A DNA stretch of 64,000 nt from a candidate division WWE3 bacterium (GCA_013335095.1 JAAXWF010000004.1:74740-138739), one strand, 5' to 3'; shown: positions 40,078 to 50,013, counted from the stretch's first letter. Notes: generated from the letters alone by a model not told the origin. Translations and numbers: made by a program.

Positions 40078-41250
40078 GTGCCAAACCAAGACAGGATTGT
40101 CATCCTGTATGAGGTCAACGGCCATCGAGGTAGTTCTGAATACTTCGATATGACCTTTAATGATGCCCTGGCGATGTTTGTGCGGGAACGGCCGGAAATC
40201 GGTCCCCGACAGATCGCCCAGGTATTCCACGGGTTGGTCAGTAGTGAAAAGACCTACAACGGCTGGAGAGGCCGGGTCGACGCATACTACCTCAACGTTC
40301 CCCTTCCGGACCCAGATCCGATTGCCCCAGAAGTCGAAGACGAACTATCGGCCCAGTGCCCACGGTGCAAGGCCGATATCGGAGGATGGATCGTATCGAG
40401 CCTACCCCGGGACGATCTGTATCTTAACTTTGGGGTACCAAGTTTCGATTTCAGATGTCCAGGGTGTGGAACCGATTTAGAGATGTGGATACATAGCTAT
40501 TTGAACAAGCTTATGGCGGTGTTCAATGTAGTCCATGGAGGAATTGTAGAACGAGATAAGGCAGCACTGCGTTTAGTGCGCTTCTATCGCTCCGTTCAAC
40601 AGGTCCTGGTTGACCTGCATCAGCAGGAACCTGAGGTTTATAACGTCTTGGCTCATATGGTCGGACTCAAAGGAGTCTCGATTACCCAGAAGCAGGTAAT
40701 TATAGAACTGGGCCTGGGATCAGACTCCGTTCTAAGAAAGCTTATGGGTAAGGCAACAACGTTTTTGCGGCGCCACCCGCAAATGCAGGCAGCCTTCCGA
40801 TATCGGGATTTAAGCGACGAGGCAATAAATGCGTTCGTCGCCTCAGCCCAAGGAAGACAAGAAGAGGCGCTGGCAGAACTCGCGGCGCAAGTAGCCACGC
40901 TTTCGACGATGATCAATGAGGTCGCGAATCACCAACATGATGCGATCTTCAACCTCAGAGTCGAAGTGCTACTCCTGAGGGGCCTACCCCTGGCCGAAGC
41001 CCAGATCCTAGCCCTTCTTACCGTCGAGGATCTAGCGCTTACGCCAAGCCTGCGACGCTCGCTTAACATAGCACCCGTTCTCACCGAAATGCGAAACGCT
41101 GCCGGCAGAGTCTTTGCCGGTAATCTTTTGATCTGGCTCAGGTCAAAAGACCGAGAACAGGTAATCAAAAGTATCCCCAGAATGGGTCCATCTGGGATGG
41201 CCAGTATTGAAGGGGCATTCCTCCTTCTTGGGATTCAAGTTTACCCGTAA
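40078..41250 (+). CDS. Zinc-ribbon protein with sigma-70 region-4-like HTH (paralog B)
   Basis: About 390 aa from the GTG after GGGAGG. CPRC-x36-CPGC zinc ribbon. HTH segment VGLKGVSITQKQVIIELGLGSDSVLRKL. N-terminus parallels paralog A (MP..I.I..NG...GP). Confidence 0.5.
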   Translation: MPNQDRIVILYEVNGHRGSSEYFDMTFNDALAMFVRERPEIGPRQIAQVFHGLVSSEKTYNGWRGRVDAYYLNVPLPDPDPIAPEVEDELSAQCPRCKADIGGWIVSSLPRDDLYLNFGVPSFDFRCPGCGTDLEMWIHSYLNKLMAVFNVVHGGIVERDKAALRLVRFYRSVQQVLVDLHQQEPEVYNVLAHMVGLKGVSITQKQVIIELGLGSDSVLRKLMGKATTFLRRHPQMQAAFRYRDLSDEAINAFVASAQGRQEEALAELAAQVATLSTMINEVANHQHDAIFNLRVEVLLLRGLPLAEAQILALLTVEDLALTPSLRRSLNIAPVLTEMRNAAGRVFAGNLLIWLRSKDREQVIKSIPRMGPSGMASIEGAFLLLGIQVYP

Positions 41251-41367
41251 TAAACCAGAGCTGGTCGGCATCGCCGATCAGCTCATCTTTCTACATCCAT
41301 TCGAACTCAACAATCATACTATAGGTGCTATAATTAATCCGTCGCTATTGGCACGTATCGGAGGTCC

Positions 41368-41776
41368 TATGACCAAAGGATTCTTGGACAAGGTTAAACT
41401 GGCCAAGGGGCCAGACATGAGTTTCGCGGCCTTTGAACAAGCATTTTCGGCATTTGACGAATTCAACGCGAATCCCACCAAACGATTCGTCATCGTCTTT
41501 CTGTGGCCTATGGGTGAAACCATGAGTATGCAAGGGCTGAACCGCCCACTCGACTATGCCTTTGCATATGTTGATGGATCTACTCCGATTCCCTATCGAT
41601 TAATGGAGATCGGCCTGGGGTGGAATATCTCGTCCGACCCACATGAGATATCAATCGCAGAATTTATACAGCGTTTGACCGATGAATTCGGCGATCGATT
41701 TGCCGGAATCATTCAGGCATCGGGTGAATTCTGGCGATTGGCCGAGCTGGCGATTGAAGCCAGCAAAGGACCCTAA
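41368..41776 (+). CDS. Hypothetical protein (end of GC-rich island)
   Basis: 136 aa from the ATG after GGAGG. Followed by hairpin CGGGAG-N12-CTCCCG. Confidence 0.35.
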
Positions 41777-41850
41777 GATTAGCAGCTATAACCGACTGAC
41801 GGATCAATCTTATAACTTAGTCGGGAGGTGGTTTTCCATCTCCCGCTTAC

Positions 41851-42621
41851 TTATTTGTATTCTTGCATCCGATGACAATCATTCATCGTGAAATGTCCAT
41901 TCCGGGTGCGAATAATCGAAAAAGTTGTCAGAGGAATTTTAATCAGAGTACCAATATCTCGAACCAGGGTTCGAATATACGTTCGTTTCCCTGTTACCGC
42001 AGAGCAAGACAGAACCACATATTTTTCCACACCGGCCTGCTGGGCTATTCTTAACGATACTGACCACATATCTAGAATTTGCTGCTGGCGAAAGTCTCCT
42101 TGTACAGAATTAATACGCACAGCCAACGTCTCGGATAAATCTGTTAGAGATATCGTATGCGACTTGACATACTCAAGCTTCGAAATGTGTACGGTTTCGG
42201 TTGGTAAACTCATGTCTTCACCATCTCGAGCACGATCAAATGCCGATTTCCCTTGTACCCGTTTTGCCGAAAAAGGGTGTACTTTCTGATTTATAGAACC
42301 AACAAATTGTGGAATAGTATCGGTAATCGAATGTGTAAGATCATTTTCTTCAATTTGATCTTGAGAAACGTCCTGCACCAAGCCGAGTAGATCATCGGAA
42401 TCGGTAGAAAAGCCAGCCAGTATTTCAAATGAATACTCTTTATCAACAGATGCCAGTTGTTGTCTTTTATGACGGTCATCGCCTGTTAATATAACAACAA
42501 CGCCTTCGGCTAACGGATCTAAAGTTCCGGTATGGGTAGCTGGCTCTTTATAAAAATGACCGACTGTTGCGGCTAATTGATGCGTTGAATAACCCAATGG
42601 CTTATAAACAGGTATCACCAT
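41851..42621 (-). CDS. truB: tRNA pseudouridine(55) synthase
   Basis: 256 aa. Catalytic-aspartate motif HTGTLDPLAEGVVVIL. Confidence 0.8.
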   Translation of the reverse strand: MVIPVYKPLGYSTHQLAATVGHFYKEPATHTGTLDPLAEGVVVILTGDDRHKRQQLASVDKEYSFEILAGFSTDSDDLLGLVQDVSQDQIEENDLTHSITDTIPQFVGSINQKVHPFSAKRVQGKSAFDRARDGEDMSLPTETVHISKLEYVKSHTISLTDLSETLAVRINSVQGDFRQQQILDMWSVSLRIAQQAGVEKYVVLSCSAVTGKRTYIRTLVRDIGTLIKIPLTTFSIIRTRNGHFTMNDCHRMQEYK

Positions 42622-42623
42622 TT

Positions 42624-43409
42624 TTATCGATTACGTTCGTTTCGAACAAATAAATATGTGCCAATCATGAAAAATAGTGTAAACATTATCCCGATGACGA
42701 TAATGTTGACCATAGGTGAATATAAAACTGCATGAGCGTATTCAGATTGTCCTGAATAGTAAATGCTGCGCATTAAATCAACCGCATACGTCATAGGTGC
42801 GATTCGGGATAAATAGAATAAGTACCACGGCAAATTCTGGATCGGATTAAATACTCCAGCCAAAAAGTACTGAGGTAATAATAGAAATGGAAATATCTGA
42901 TTAGCCGCGCGCTGATTGCTAAGGTTTGCAAGAACCAAAACGCCGAATGCGCCGCCAAACAAACACGCAATTATCACAAATGGAATTAATTTAATAAGAT
43001 GAAATAGTGAGATTGGAATACCGATTAAAAAGCCGAACGCGATAATTCCAATAACCTGCGCCAGAGCAACCAGAGATTCACCTAATATTTTACCGAAAAT
43101 AATCGAATTTCGAGAAATCGGTGAAATAAATATCTCCTGACTAAAATCGTTTTCACGATCTTCAATTAATGAAATAATTCCAGCAGCAGTTGATTGAAAT
43201 AATGTTTGCCCAATTACGCCAAGAAACGTGTACACCAACAAGTTGTACCCTAATGAATCTCCCAGATTCGCGTTCAAACTACCACCTAATACGGCAATAA
43301 AAATAAATGGGAAAAGAAATGTTGCGATAATTCGTGGACGATCACGCAAAAATTTCACCACATCACGATACGCAATAGTAAGAATGGCATTTAGTTCTCT
43401 TTTAAACAT
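42624..43409 (-). CDS. ABC-2 type transporter permease
   Basis: 261 aa, six TM helices. Overlaps the upstream ATPase gene by 8 nt. Confidence 0.65.
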   Translation of the reverse strand: MFKRELNAILTIAYRDVVKFLRDRPRIIATFLFPFIFIAVLGGSLNANLGDSLGYNLLVYTFLGVIGQTLFQSTAAGIISLIEDRENDFSQEIFISPISRNSIIFGKILGESLVALAQVIGIIAFGFLIGIPISLFHLIKLIPFVIIACLFGGAFGVLVLANLSNQRAANQIFPFLLLPQYFLAGVFNPIQNLPWYLFYLSRIAPMTYAVDLMRSIYYSGQSEYAHAVLYSPMVNIIVIGIMFTLFFMIGTYLFVRNERNR

Positions 43410-44367
43410 GCTCCTCCCGTTGATGCTCAGTTTTTTCGATGATTTTTAAGTAGGCTTCTTCTACGGTAGGGTTGTAGGTCTTTAGTGTCGTGAGGACAGT
43501 TTGAATTTTCTGGATTACTTCCTGGGCATTATGTTTTTGCAAATCGATACGAAGATTACCCTGTTCTAATTGAGTATGCACAAACCCTAAGCGATTAAGC
43601 TCTTCCCGTAACTCATCTTTATTGGTGGCATCAATCTCTAAATATGATTCGGTTAATTGCTGTTTTATGTCGGTTGGTGTACCGAATGATACGATTTTGC
43701 CGTGGTTAATAATGCAAATATGATCAGAATTTTCCGCTTCTTCTAAATAGTGAGTCGTCAAAAAAATTGTCGTACCTTGGTTTTTCTGAATATCGGCTAG
43801 ATATCGCCATAAACTATTTCGACTCACCGGATCAAGCCCTGAGGTCGGTTCATCTAAAAATAAGATCTTAGGATTATGGATTAAACTACGAATGATCTCC
43901 AGTTTTCTTTTCATTCCGCCCGAAAATGTACGAAGCGCTTTAAACATATCCTGATCGATTCCAAGAATTGTGCCGAGTTCATGCACTTTATCCTGGTACT
44001 CTTTTGGCATTAATCGAAATGCCGGACGAAACGGATAGACTCCATACAATATGGCATGAAATCGAATATTTTCCTCTGCGGTCAAATTGAGATCTAAACT
44101 TGGATTCTGAAAAATGATTCCTATTTTCTGACGAATCTGCGATGCTTGAGTATCAAGATCTAGTCCGGCCAGATTAACCCGCCCTGAAGTTTTGGACAAT
44201 GTAGTCGTTAGAATAGATATCGTAGTCGTCTTCCCGGCACCGTTGGGGCCTAAAAGCGAAAAAAACTCTCCCTCTTCAACATTGAACGAAATTGAATCAA
44301 CCGCTTTTTGCTCGGCATTCTTATATGACTTCACTAAGTTTTCAACCGTAATAGCAGATGTAGACAT
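43402..44367 (-). CDS. ABC transporter ATP-binding protein
   Basis: 321 aa. Walker A GPNGAGKTT, signature SGGMKRKL, Walker B ILFLDEPTSGLD. Confidence 0.8.
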   Translation of the reverse strand: MSTSAITVENLVKSYKNAEQKAVDSISFNVEEGEFFSLLGPNGAGKTTTISILTTTLSKTSGRVNLAGLDLDTQASQIRQKIGIIFQNPSLDLNLTAEENIRFHAILYGVYPFRPAFRLMPKEYQDKVHELGTILGIDQDMFKALRTFSGGMKRKLEIIRSLIHNPKILFLDEPTSGLDPVSRNSLWRYLADIQKNQGTTIFLTTHYLEEAENSDHICIINHGKIVSFGTPTDIKQQLTESYLEIDATNKDELREELNRLGFVHTQLEQGNLRIDLQKHNAQEVIQKIQTVLTTLKTYNPTVEEAYLKIIEKTEHQREEHV

Positions 44368-44411
44368 AGTTATCTAAAATTATACCTTCTCTATGTTGTA
44401 AGGTGGATACG

Positions 44412-44864
44412 TTACTTATTGGTAATCTTTTTACTTCGTTTTTCCTTCGCGGAAGCTCTCTCTTCTATTGCAGTCTGCTTTGCAATAACAAGCGTCGTGA
44501 TGAGAACTAGAGTCACAAACGGTACCGCTCGGATAAAGGTATCGCTTACCGAATGGGAATTCAAATCCGACACAATAAAAAGCAAAATCGAAAGGCACCC
44601 GCTCAAAATTAAGATGGCCCATCCTGATGAATTTAATGGAACATATCCCCATCGATTCATCCGAAACCAGTTATATTCAGGACGCTCTTCTTCGAGGAAA
44701 AAATAGACCAATGCACTCGAAACGACCAACACAACGATTGGATATAGTAATGTCCAATCAAATCCAATGCCCAGGTACATAATATAAAGCATGGTAACGA
44801 CCATCATGATGATCGCAAGCAGTTCACGCATAAATCTATTGTATAGTTTTGAAAAATTAAACAC
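44412..44864 (-). CDS. Small membrane protein
   Basis: 150 aa, four hydrophobic segments, C-terminal basic tail. Confidence 0.4.
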   Translation of the reverse strand: MFNFSKLYNRFMRELLAIIMMVVTMLYIMYLGIGFDWTLLYPIVVLVVSSALVYFFLEEERPEYNWFRMNRWGYVPLNSSGWAILILSGCLSILLFIVSDLNSHSVSDTFIRAVPFVTLVLITTLVIAKQTAIEERASAKEKRSKKITNK

Positions 44865-44909
44865 AATAAAATAATGTCCAGAAGATACAAGATCCTCTGG
44901 ACGAAAGCA

Positions 44910-45734
44910 TTAATAAACGACGATTTGAGTTCCAAGAGGGGCAAACGAGTACACAAATTCGGCATCATCGGCCGACATGTTGATACACCCGTGGGATACG
45001 CCGCCAGAATATCCAAACGATGAATGCCAATATGCTTCGTGGATCGCCATGCCCCGATCATATCCGCCATTGCGGTTAAGCCGTTCGACTAAATCAAAAT
45101 ACGTCACGAAATGGATATCGGGCAAGAAATAGTAATCTCCATCTGCCTCATATCCTTCCATAGTACGCGTGGCCAACTGACGGGTTGTTCGATGCAAGCC
45201 CAAAGGAGTTGGGGTTACATCACGTGCATCAGGTGCGTTCATTCTCCCAGTAGAAATCCAGGTTGCCCGAATTATCGTACAGCTATTCCCGCTACACCGA
45301 ACAAAAAACGCAGCTTGCTGGTTCCGGTCAACCAACAAACAATGATCCGCAGAGTCGGGGCAACCCAACGTGCCGAAGAAAACAGGATCGTCGAGCAATT
45401 TGACAAAACCCAGATGGACAAACCCATATGCAGTTCGCCCCCACAGGCACTGATCATTGACGCATCCCGATGGTGACGTGGCTGCCACAACTTCGAGAAC
45501 TTTTATCCGTCCGCCTTGACGAACCCTACTAATTTGCCGAGGACGATCGACACTCACTGAAATGTCGCAGCGAACATCCGGGCAAGTGCGAATATTTAAA
45601 GGTCCGTCGGTAACTTCGACCCAGAATACCTCATTTACAGGCCACTCTTCCGCTGCCCGTGCTAACCGAGGTGATGCCACTATGGTCATCGCTAGAAGCT
45701 CACAAAACCATATTGCTCCGATAAGGTAACGCAT
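44910..45734 (-). CDS. L,D-transpeptidase (YkuD domain) with N-terminal SH3-like domain
   Basis: 274 aa. C-terminal catalytic H...GVSHGCINM motif. Signal peptide. Gene is GC-richer than its flanks. Confidence 0.65.
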   Translation of the reverse strand: MRYLIGAIWFCELLAMTIVASPRLARAAEEWPVNEVFWVEVTDGPLNIRTCPDVRCDISVSVDRPRQISRVRQGGRIKVLEVVAATSPSGCVNDQCLWGRTAYGFVHLGFVKLLDDPVFFGTLGCPDSADHCLLVDRNQQAAFFVRCSGNSCTIIRATWISTGRMNAPDARDVTPTPLGLHRTTRQLATRTMEGYEADGDYYFLPDIHFVTYFDLVERLNRNGGYDRGMAIHEAYWHSSFGYSGGVSHGCINMSADDAEFVYSFAPLGTQIVVY

Positions 45735-45911
45735 AATAGCTACTCCTTTCTGACTCAGCCGTAACGAATTTGGTGATAATTATTGTATCAGCTGTATTAA
45801 AGAGAACGATAATAACGCATCAGTATGCTTAATGACTATTCACCCTTGTCTCCACTACTACACATTTATTACCCACGAGAATTAACTGTTGTATCAACCC
45901 ATATTAAAAGT

Positions 45912-45946
45912 TATTGACAATACATTTTATTGTCACATATAGTAAG
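45912..45946 (+). promoter_or_regulatory. Candidate promoter with palindromic operator (TTGACAAT-N8-ATTGTCA) overlapping the -35
   Basis: TTGACA, 18-nt spacer, then TATAGT. The -35 is embedded in a 7/8-bp inverted repeat. Upstream of the small secreted protein gene at 46103. Confidence 0.3.
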
Positions 45947-46102
45947 TAAATCTTTTGCTCACCGCAATCGGAGGCATATGATAAAGAAAGTTATACACAC
46001 CCCTAATTCGATCTGTGCATGCACGTATTTAATTTCCCTGAGAATATCTGGTTATATATATCATTTTAATAACAATTTACTGAAAGGAGGTGAAGATAAA
46101 CA

Positions 46103-46423
46103 ATGCGAAAAGTATTACTTGGAGTGATAACAGGACTCTTCTTACTTACCGTAGTAGTCACCGGAGTACATGCAGCTAACGATAACAACCGCTGCGAAAA
46201 TACTGGTAATGGTCGAAACAGTAAAAATCGTTGTCGAATAACGGCTACCTATAATTGGACCAAAGTGCAGCAAAACAACACTGCGATTATGAACTCGGTT
46301 AACGTAAATGCGAATACGGGCGGTAATAAGGTAAAAGATAATATTGATGGTGATTCAAAGGCAAATACCGGAGACATCAATACAACAGTAAGCATAACGA
46401 ATACAGTTACAAACTCAAACTAA
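46103..46423 (+). CDS. Small secreted Asn/Thr-rich protein
   Basis: 106 aa. Sec signal peptide (cleavage after VHA), two Cys, N/T/G-rich low-complexity mature region. AGGAGG RBS. Confidence 0.45.
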   Translation: MRKVLLGVITGLFLLTVVVTGVHAANDNNRCENTGNGRNSKNRCRITATYNWTKVQQNNTAIMNSVNVNANTGGNKVKDNIDGDSKANTGDINTTVSITNTVTNSN

Positions 46424-46453
46424 TTACAGTTTGTAGAAAACTTACTTCAAAAA

Positions 46454-46481
46454 GACCCATCAGATCGGATGGGTCTTTTTT
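46454..46481 (+). terminator. Rho-independent terminator (GACCCATC-loop-GATGGGTC + T6)
   Basis: Perfect 8-bp stem, 6-nt loop, T-run. 30 nt after the stop of the small secreted protein gene. Confidence 0.6.
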
Positions 46482-46781
46482 GTATGATGTCTCCTTAATT
46501 GATTATACCGTCCTTTTCCCTATTGACGCAATAACTATGGGATGATAATGTAATTCGCAATGAAAAATTTAATCTGTCAATTGAGCTTTAATCAATTACG
46601 CAAAGTGGCGACACCAGCGGGCCATATCGTGCCCAAAGCAGGCTCAGATAATGGGCTTGTTTTCGCCGCAGTCCTTGTACGCAAGAAAAGACCTCACTAA
46701 CTCCCCTCTTGTAATAAGCACTGTGGTGAAAACCACAGTCGCTAAAGGCGCGACAAGCGCATACACCAAGAGGAGGATTCG

Positions 46782-48524
46782 ATGCATCTACGTCTCTGGA
46801 AGCTCCTTGAGCCGTTCCACCGGATTTTCGCCTGGTACGCCGTGTTAATCATCGTCTTTGAAGGCCTTCAGATTATTGAAGGTTATGTCATGAGCGGTGT
46901 TATTACCCTGTTCAACAGCGGTATTACGCCTTTCATGTGGATGATGCTATTCACGGCAATCGTCATTTTCGACGAAGCATTCATGCGATTAGGGAATCGG
47001 ATCGACTGGTACGTCATTGTCAAACAAGACTACCCAATCTTCCGGTATCTCAAAACAAAGGCCACACAAAAGTTTCTAGCAATGGAAATGGCCTGGCATC
47101 AGCGTATGAACTCAGGTACGCTGTCCGGGAAGGTGAACCAGGGCGTATCGAAGGTAAATGACATGGTCGATGCATTGAGCTGGGAGTTTCTCCCAACGAT
47201 CATCCAAACCATACTTTCGATCATTCCGCTGCTTATCTTAAGCCCAGTAGTGGTGCCGATCGCAATCGTTGGGTTGGGTCTGTTTCTATGGATTAGCGCA
47301 CTCAGCTATCTTGAGCGTCGCCCATTAAGAACAGAACGACATGATGCTTACGAGGAAGATTGGAGATTGGCAACGGAGATCGTCCGAGCGACCGAAACGC
47401 TGCGGATGTTTGGCCAGGAAGACCGGTTCTACCAGGAGTATGAAGAACTCCATGAGCGGATCATGGAGCGCGGTAAGATCGAAGCCCATATGGGCGTTTT
47501 TCGGCATAATCGCTGGCGAATTACGGTGATGAACATCACCCGCCGCGCGATTTTGGCGGTATGGATCTGGCAGTTGTATCAGGGTACCCTTGATATCGCC
47601 GGACTCATCTTCGTCAATGTGTTGATGGAAAAGCTTTTTCATGCCTGCTGGCGGCTAGCCCGTCTATGGGAAAAAGCCGTCGAGGCAAACGAAAGCGTTG
47701 ACCGGTTGTACAACCTCCTCTCGGAGGAGCCGCGGCCACATACCGGGACAAAAACCCTGACAGAGTGTGGGGTTCCGGCAATCAACCTGGATGGAGTGTG
47801 TTTTTCGTATGATGAGGAATACGCTCAAGATTCAGGGGCGTTGCATGATCTTAGCCTAGACATCAATCCGGGTGAGATTATTGCCGTTGTTGGCCCATCC
47901 GGTGCAGGGAAAACGACACTGCGCAAGATCGTGACCGGGCTCTGGCCGATTCAGTCGGGTACCATTACCGTAGCCGGCATTGAGCTATCGGATTGGTCAT
48001 TGCAGCATCTGCGCCGGCTATACTCGTATGTCCCTCAGGGAGATGACGTGTATGTGTTCGACAACACGGTTGCGTTCAATATCAGGGTTTCAAAACCCGA
48101 CGCATCCGACGAAGAAGTAGTTCGGGCGGCTGAGCTGGCTGGAATCAGCGAGTTCATTGAAACGCTTGAGGAAAAGTACGAGACCAAGGTAGGTGAGCGA
48201 GGTATTCGCCTATCCGGTGGTCAAAAGCAGCGAATCGCCCTGGCCCGCGCGATTCTAGCCGATCGACCGATCCTAATTCTCGATGAGGCAACGAGTGCAA
48301 TCGATGCCATTACCGAGAGAAAGATTCAGTCGCTAATGAGCACGATCCTATCAGGCAAGACTGCGATCATCATCGCTCATCGTCTTTCAACGGTGTGGGA
48401 TATCGCTGATCGGATCATCGTAATGGAAAACGGCCGGAAAGTGGCCGAGGGAACGCACGAACAACTGGTACTTCAAGGTGGATTGTATGCTGAGATGGTC
48501 AGCCTCCAAACCCACCACGAGTAA
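46782..48524 (+). CDS. ABC exporter, fused permease/ATPase (MsbA/LmrA-like)
   Basis: 580 aa. Six N-terminal TM helices, Walker A GPSGAGKTT, signature LSGGQKQRIALARA, Walker B ILILDEATSAID. Gene is about 55-58% GC. Confidence 0.8.
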   Translation: MHLRLWKLLEPFHRIFAWYAVLIIVFEGLQIIEGYVMSGVITLFNSGITPFMWMMLFTAIVIFDEAFMRLGNRIDWYVIVKQDYPIFRYLKTKATQKFLAMEMAWHQRMNSGTLSGKVNQGVSKVNDMVDALSWEFLPTIIQTILSIIPLLILSPVVVPIAIVGLGLFLWISALSYLERRPLRTERHDAYEEDWRLATEIVRATETLRMFGQEDRFYQEYEELHERIMERGKIEAHMGVFRHNRWRITVMNITRRAILAVWIWQLYQGTLDIAGLIFVNVLMEKLFHACWRLARLWEKAVEANESVDRLYNLLSEEPRPHTGTKTLTECGVPAINLDGVCFSYDEEYAQDSGALHDLSLDINPGEIIAVVGPSGAGKTTLRKIVTGLWPIQSGTITVAGIELSDWSLQHLRRLYSYVPQGDDVYVFDNTVAFNIRVSKPDASDEEVVRAAELAGISEFIETLEEKYETKVGERGIRLSGGQKQRIALARAILADRPILILDEATSAIDAITERKIQSLMSTILSGKTAIIIAHRLSTVWDIADRIIVMENGRKVAEGTHEQLVLQGGLYAEMVSLQTHHE

Positions 48525-48584
48525 ATAACGTATGGGTAGTAGTGAATAACTACTACCCAATTTTTTTCCTGCTATCATTGAAAA

Positions 48585-48899
48585 ATGTACTTCGTATATA
48601 TACTAAAGTGCGCTGATAATTCCCTGTATACCGGGATTACCAACAATATTCAAAAACGACTCTCGGCCCATTTGTGTGGTAACGGCTCTCGATTCGTTCG
48701 TTCGCGATTGCCGGCACAACTGGCTGCGGTAATTGAGGTAACCACCAAAAATGAAGCGCTGAAATGGGAATATTTAATCAAATCGTGGTCAAAAAATGAG
48801 AAGGAAGAATTTATAAAACAACAAAATCAGGTTGAGTTAGTCAGCAAACTGCAACAGGAAGTTACGATAAATATCCTTGGTCGTGACGATACCAATTAA
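48585..48899 (+). CDS. GIY-YIG nuclease superfamily protein (UPF0213-like)
   Basis: 104 aa. N-terminal YFVYILKCADNSLYTGITNNIQKRLSAH GIY-YIG motif. Confidence 0.7.
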   Translation: MYFVYILKCADNSLYTGITNNIQKRLSAHLCGNGSRFVRSRLPAQLAAVIEVTTKNEALKWEYLIKSWSKNEKEEFIKQQNQVELVSKLQQEVTINILGRDDTN

Positions 48900-49283
48900 C
48901 TCGCCATTATCCATCACCGGAAGACGCCGAATATCATTTATCATCATTAATGAGCACGCTTTTAATATATGATCGTTCGGTTTGACTGAAACGATTTTCT
49001 TTGACATTAAATTTTTCGCTTTCAATTTTGTAATCTCTTTAGCTTCTTTTTCAATTCGCTCGTGATCGAAATAATATGATGGATCCTCACAACAATCAGC
49101 TTCACTGGGAAATACATGGTCTAATAAGTCTTTTTCTGAAATAATCCCGATAACTTTGCCCTTTTCATTTACCACCGGAGCACCGGAGATATGATGATCC
49201 TCCAATAGATGGACGATTTCCTTAAAGCTAGTGCTATCCTTAATTGTTAATACATTGGTCGACATGACCTCTTTTACGAGCAT
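48837..49283 (-). CDS. CBS-pair domain protein
   Basis: 148 aa with two CBS repeats (HHISGAPVVNEKGKVIGIISEKDL / RRLPVMDNGELIGIVTTKDI). Confidence 0.6.
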   Translation of the reverse strand: MLVKEVMSTNVLTIKDSTSFKEIVHLLEDHHISGAPVVNEKGKVIGIISEKDLLDHVFPSEADCCEDPSYYFDHERIEKEAKEITKLKAKNLMSKKIVSVKPNDHILKACSLMMINDIRRLPVMDNGELIGIVTTKDIYRNFLLQFAD

Positions 49284-49437
49284 AGTATGCTAATGGGTAA
49301 TTTATTAATTATAGACCTATTGTCCATGAATAATTAATACATATTTGGAACTCATCACAAAACGAATTGCCCAAGAACCAATACAAAATGCTCCGTCACA
49401 AATATATACCAACATGCGTTATATATAATGTCGGGTA

Positions 49438-50013
49438 ATGATTAAGTGGATTAAATCTCGAATGTATCCATTGTCTGATAAATCCGACGCAGAATTAATC
49501 GCAGCGGCAAAACGCGGCGATAGGGATGCTTTTGGGCAATTATATTTGCGCCACCTTGATGCGATGTTTCGATATATTTACTTTCGGACGGGTGATTCAC
49601 TAACCGCCGAACAGATAGCTGCTGATGTGTTTGTGAAAGCATGGAAAAAGCTTGAATCGTACCATCCAAAGGCTGGAAGTTCATTTACATCGTGGATTTA
49701 TCGAATCGCCCGCAACCGGATTATTGATTATTATCGGACTCGCAATACTCGTAATCAATCACTCTCAATACAGATGGAAGATGCCCATCAACTAACATTC
49801 GATGAGCGGTTAGCAAAAATCGATAATGAACGAATGATTGAACAGTCGTTGCAGATTCTGACTGAAGAGCAGCGCGAGGTGATCATGCTTAAATATATCG
49901 AACGACTCGATTACAAGGAGATCTGTTCAATAACCGGTAAATCGAATATGGCAGTGAGGGCATTAGTATCAAGAGGTTTAAAAATATTACAAAAAAACAT
50001 TACAAAAAAATGA
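49438..50013 (+). CDS. ECF-type RNA polymerase sigma factor
   Basis: 191 aa. Region 2 (FRYIYFRTGD...AEQIAADVFVKAWKK, SWIYRIARNRIIDYYR) and region 4 (EQREVIMLKYIERLDYKEICSITGKSNMAVRALVSRGLKIL). Confidence 0.75.
   Translation: MIKWIKSRMYPLSDKSDAELIAAAKRGDRDAFGQLYLRHLDAMFRYIYFRTGDSLTAEQIAADVFVKAWKKLESYHPKAGSSFTSWIYRIARNRIIDYYRTRNTRNQSLSIQMEDAHQLTFDERLAKIDNERMIEQSLQILTEEQREVIMLKYIERLDYKEICSITGKSNMAVRALVSRGLKILQKNITKK

Noticed and set aside
46782-48524. Bacteriocin-type ABC exporter with C39 peptidase
   Set aside because: The N-terminus goes directly into TM helices. No Cys-His peptidase domain is present, so it is a plain MsbA/LmrA-type exporter.
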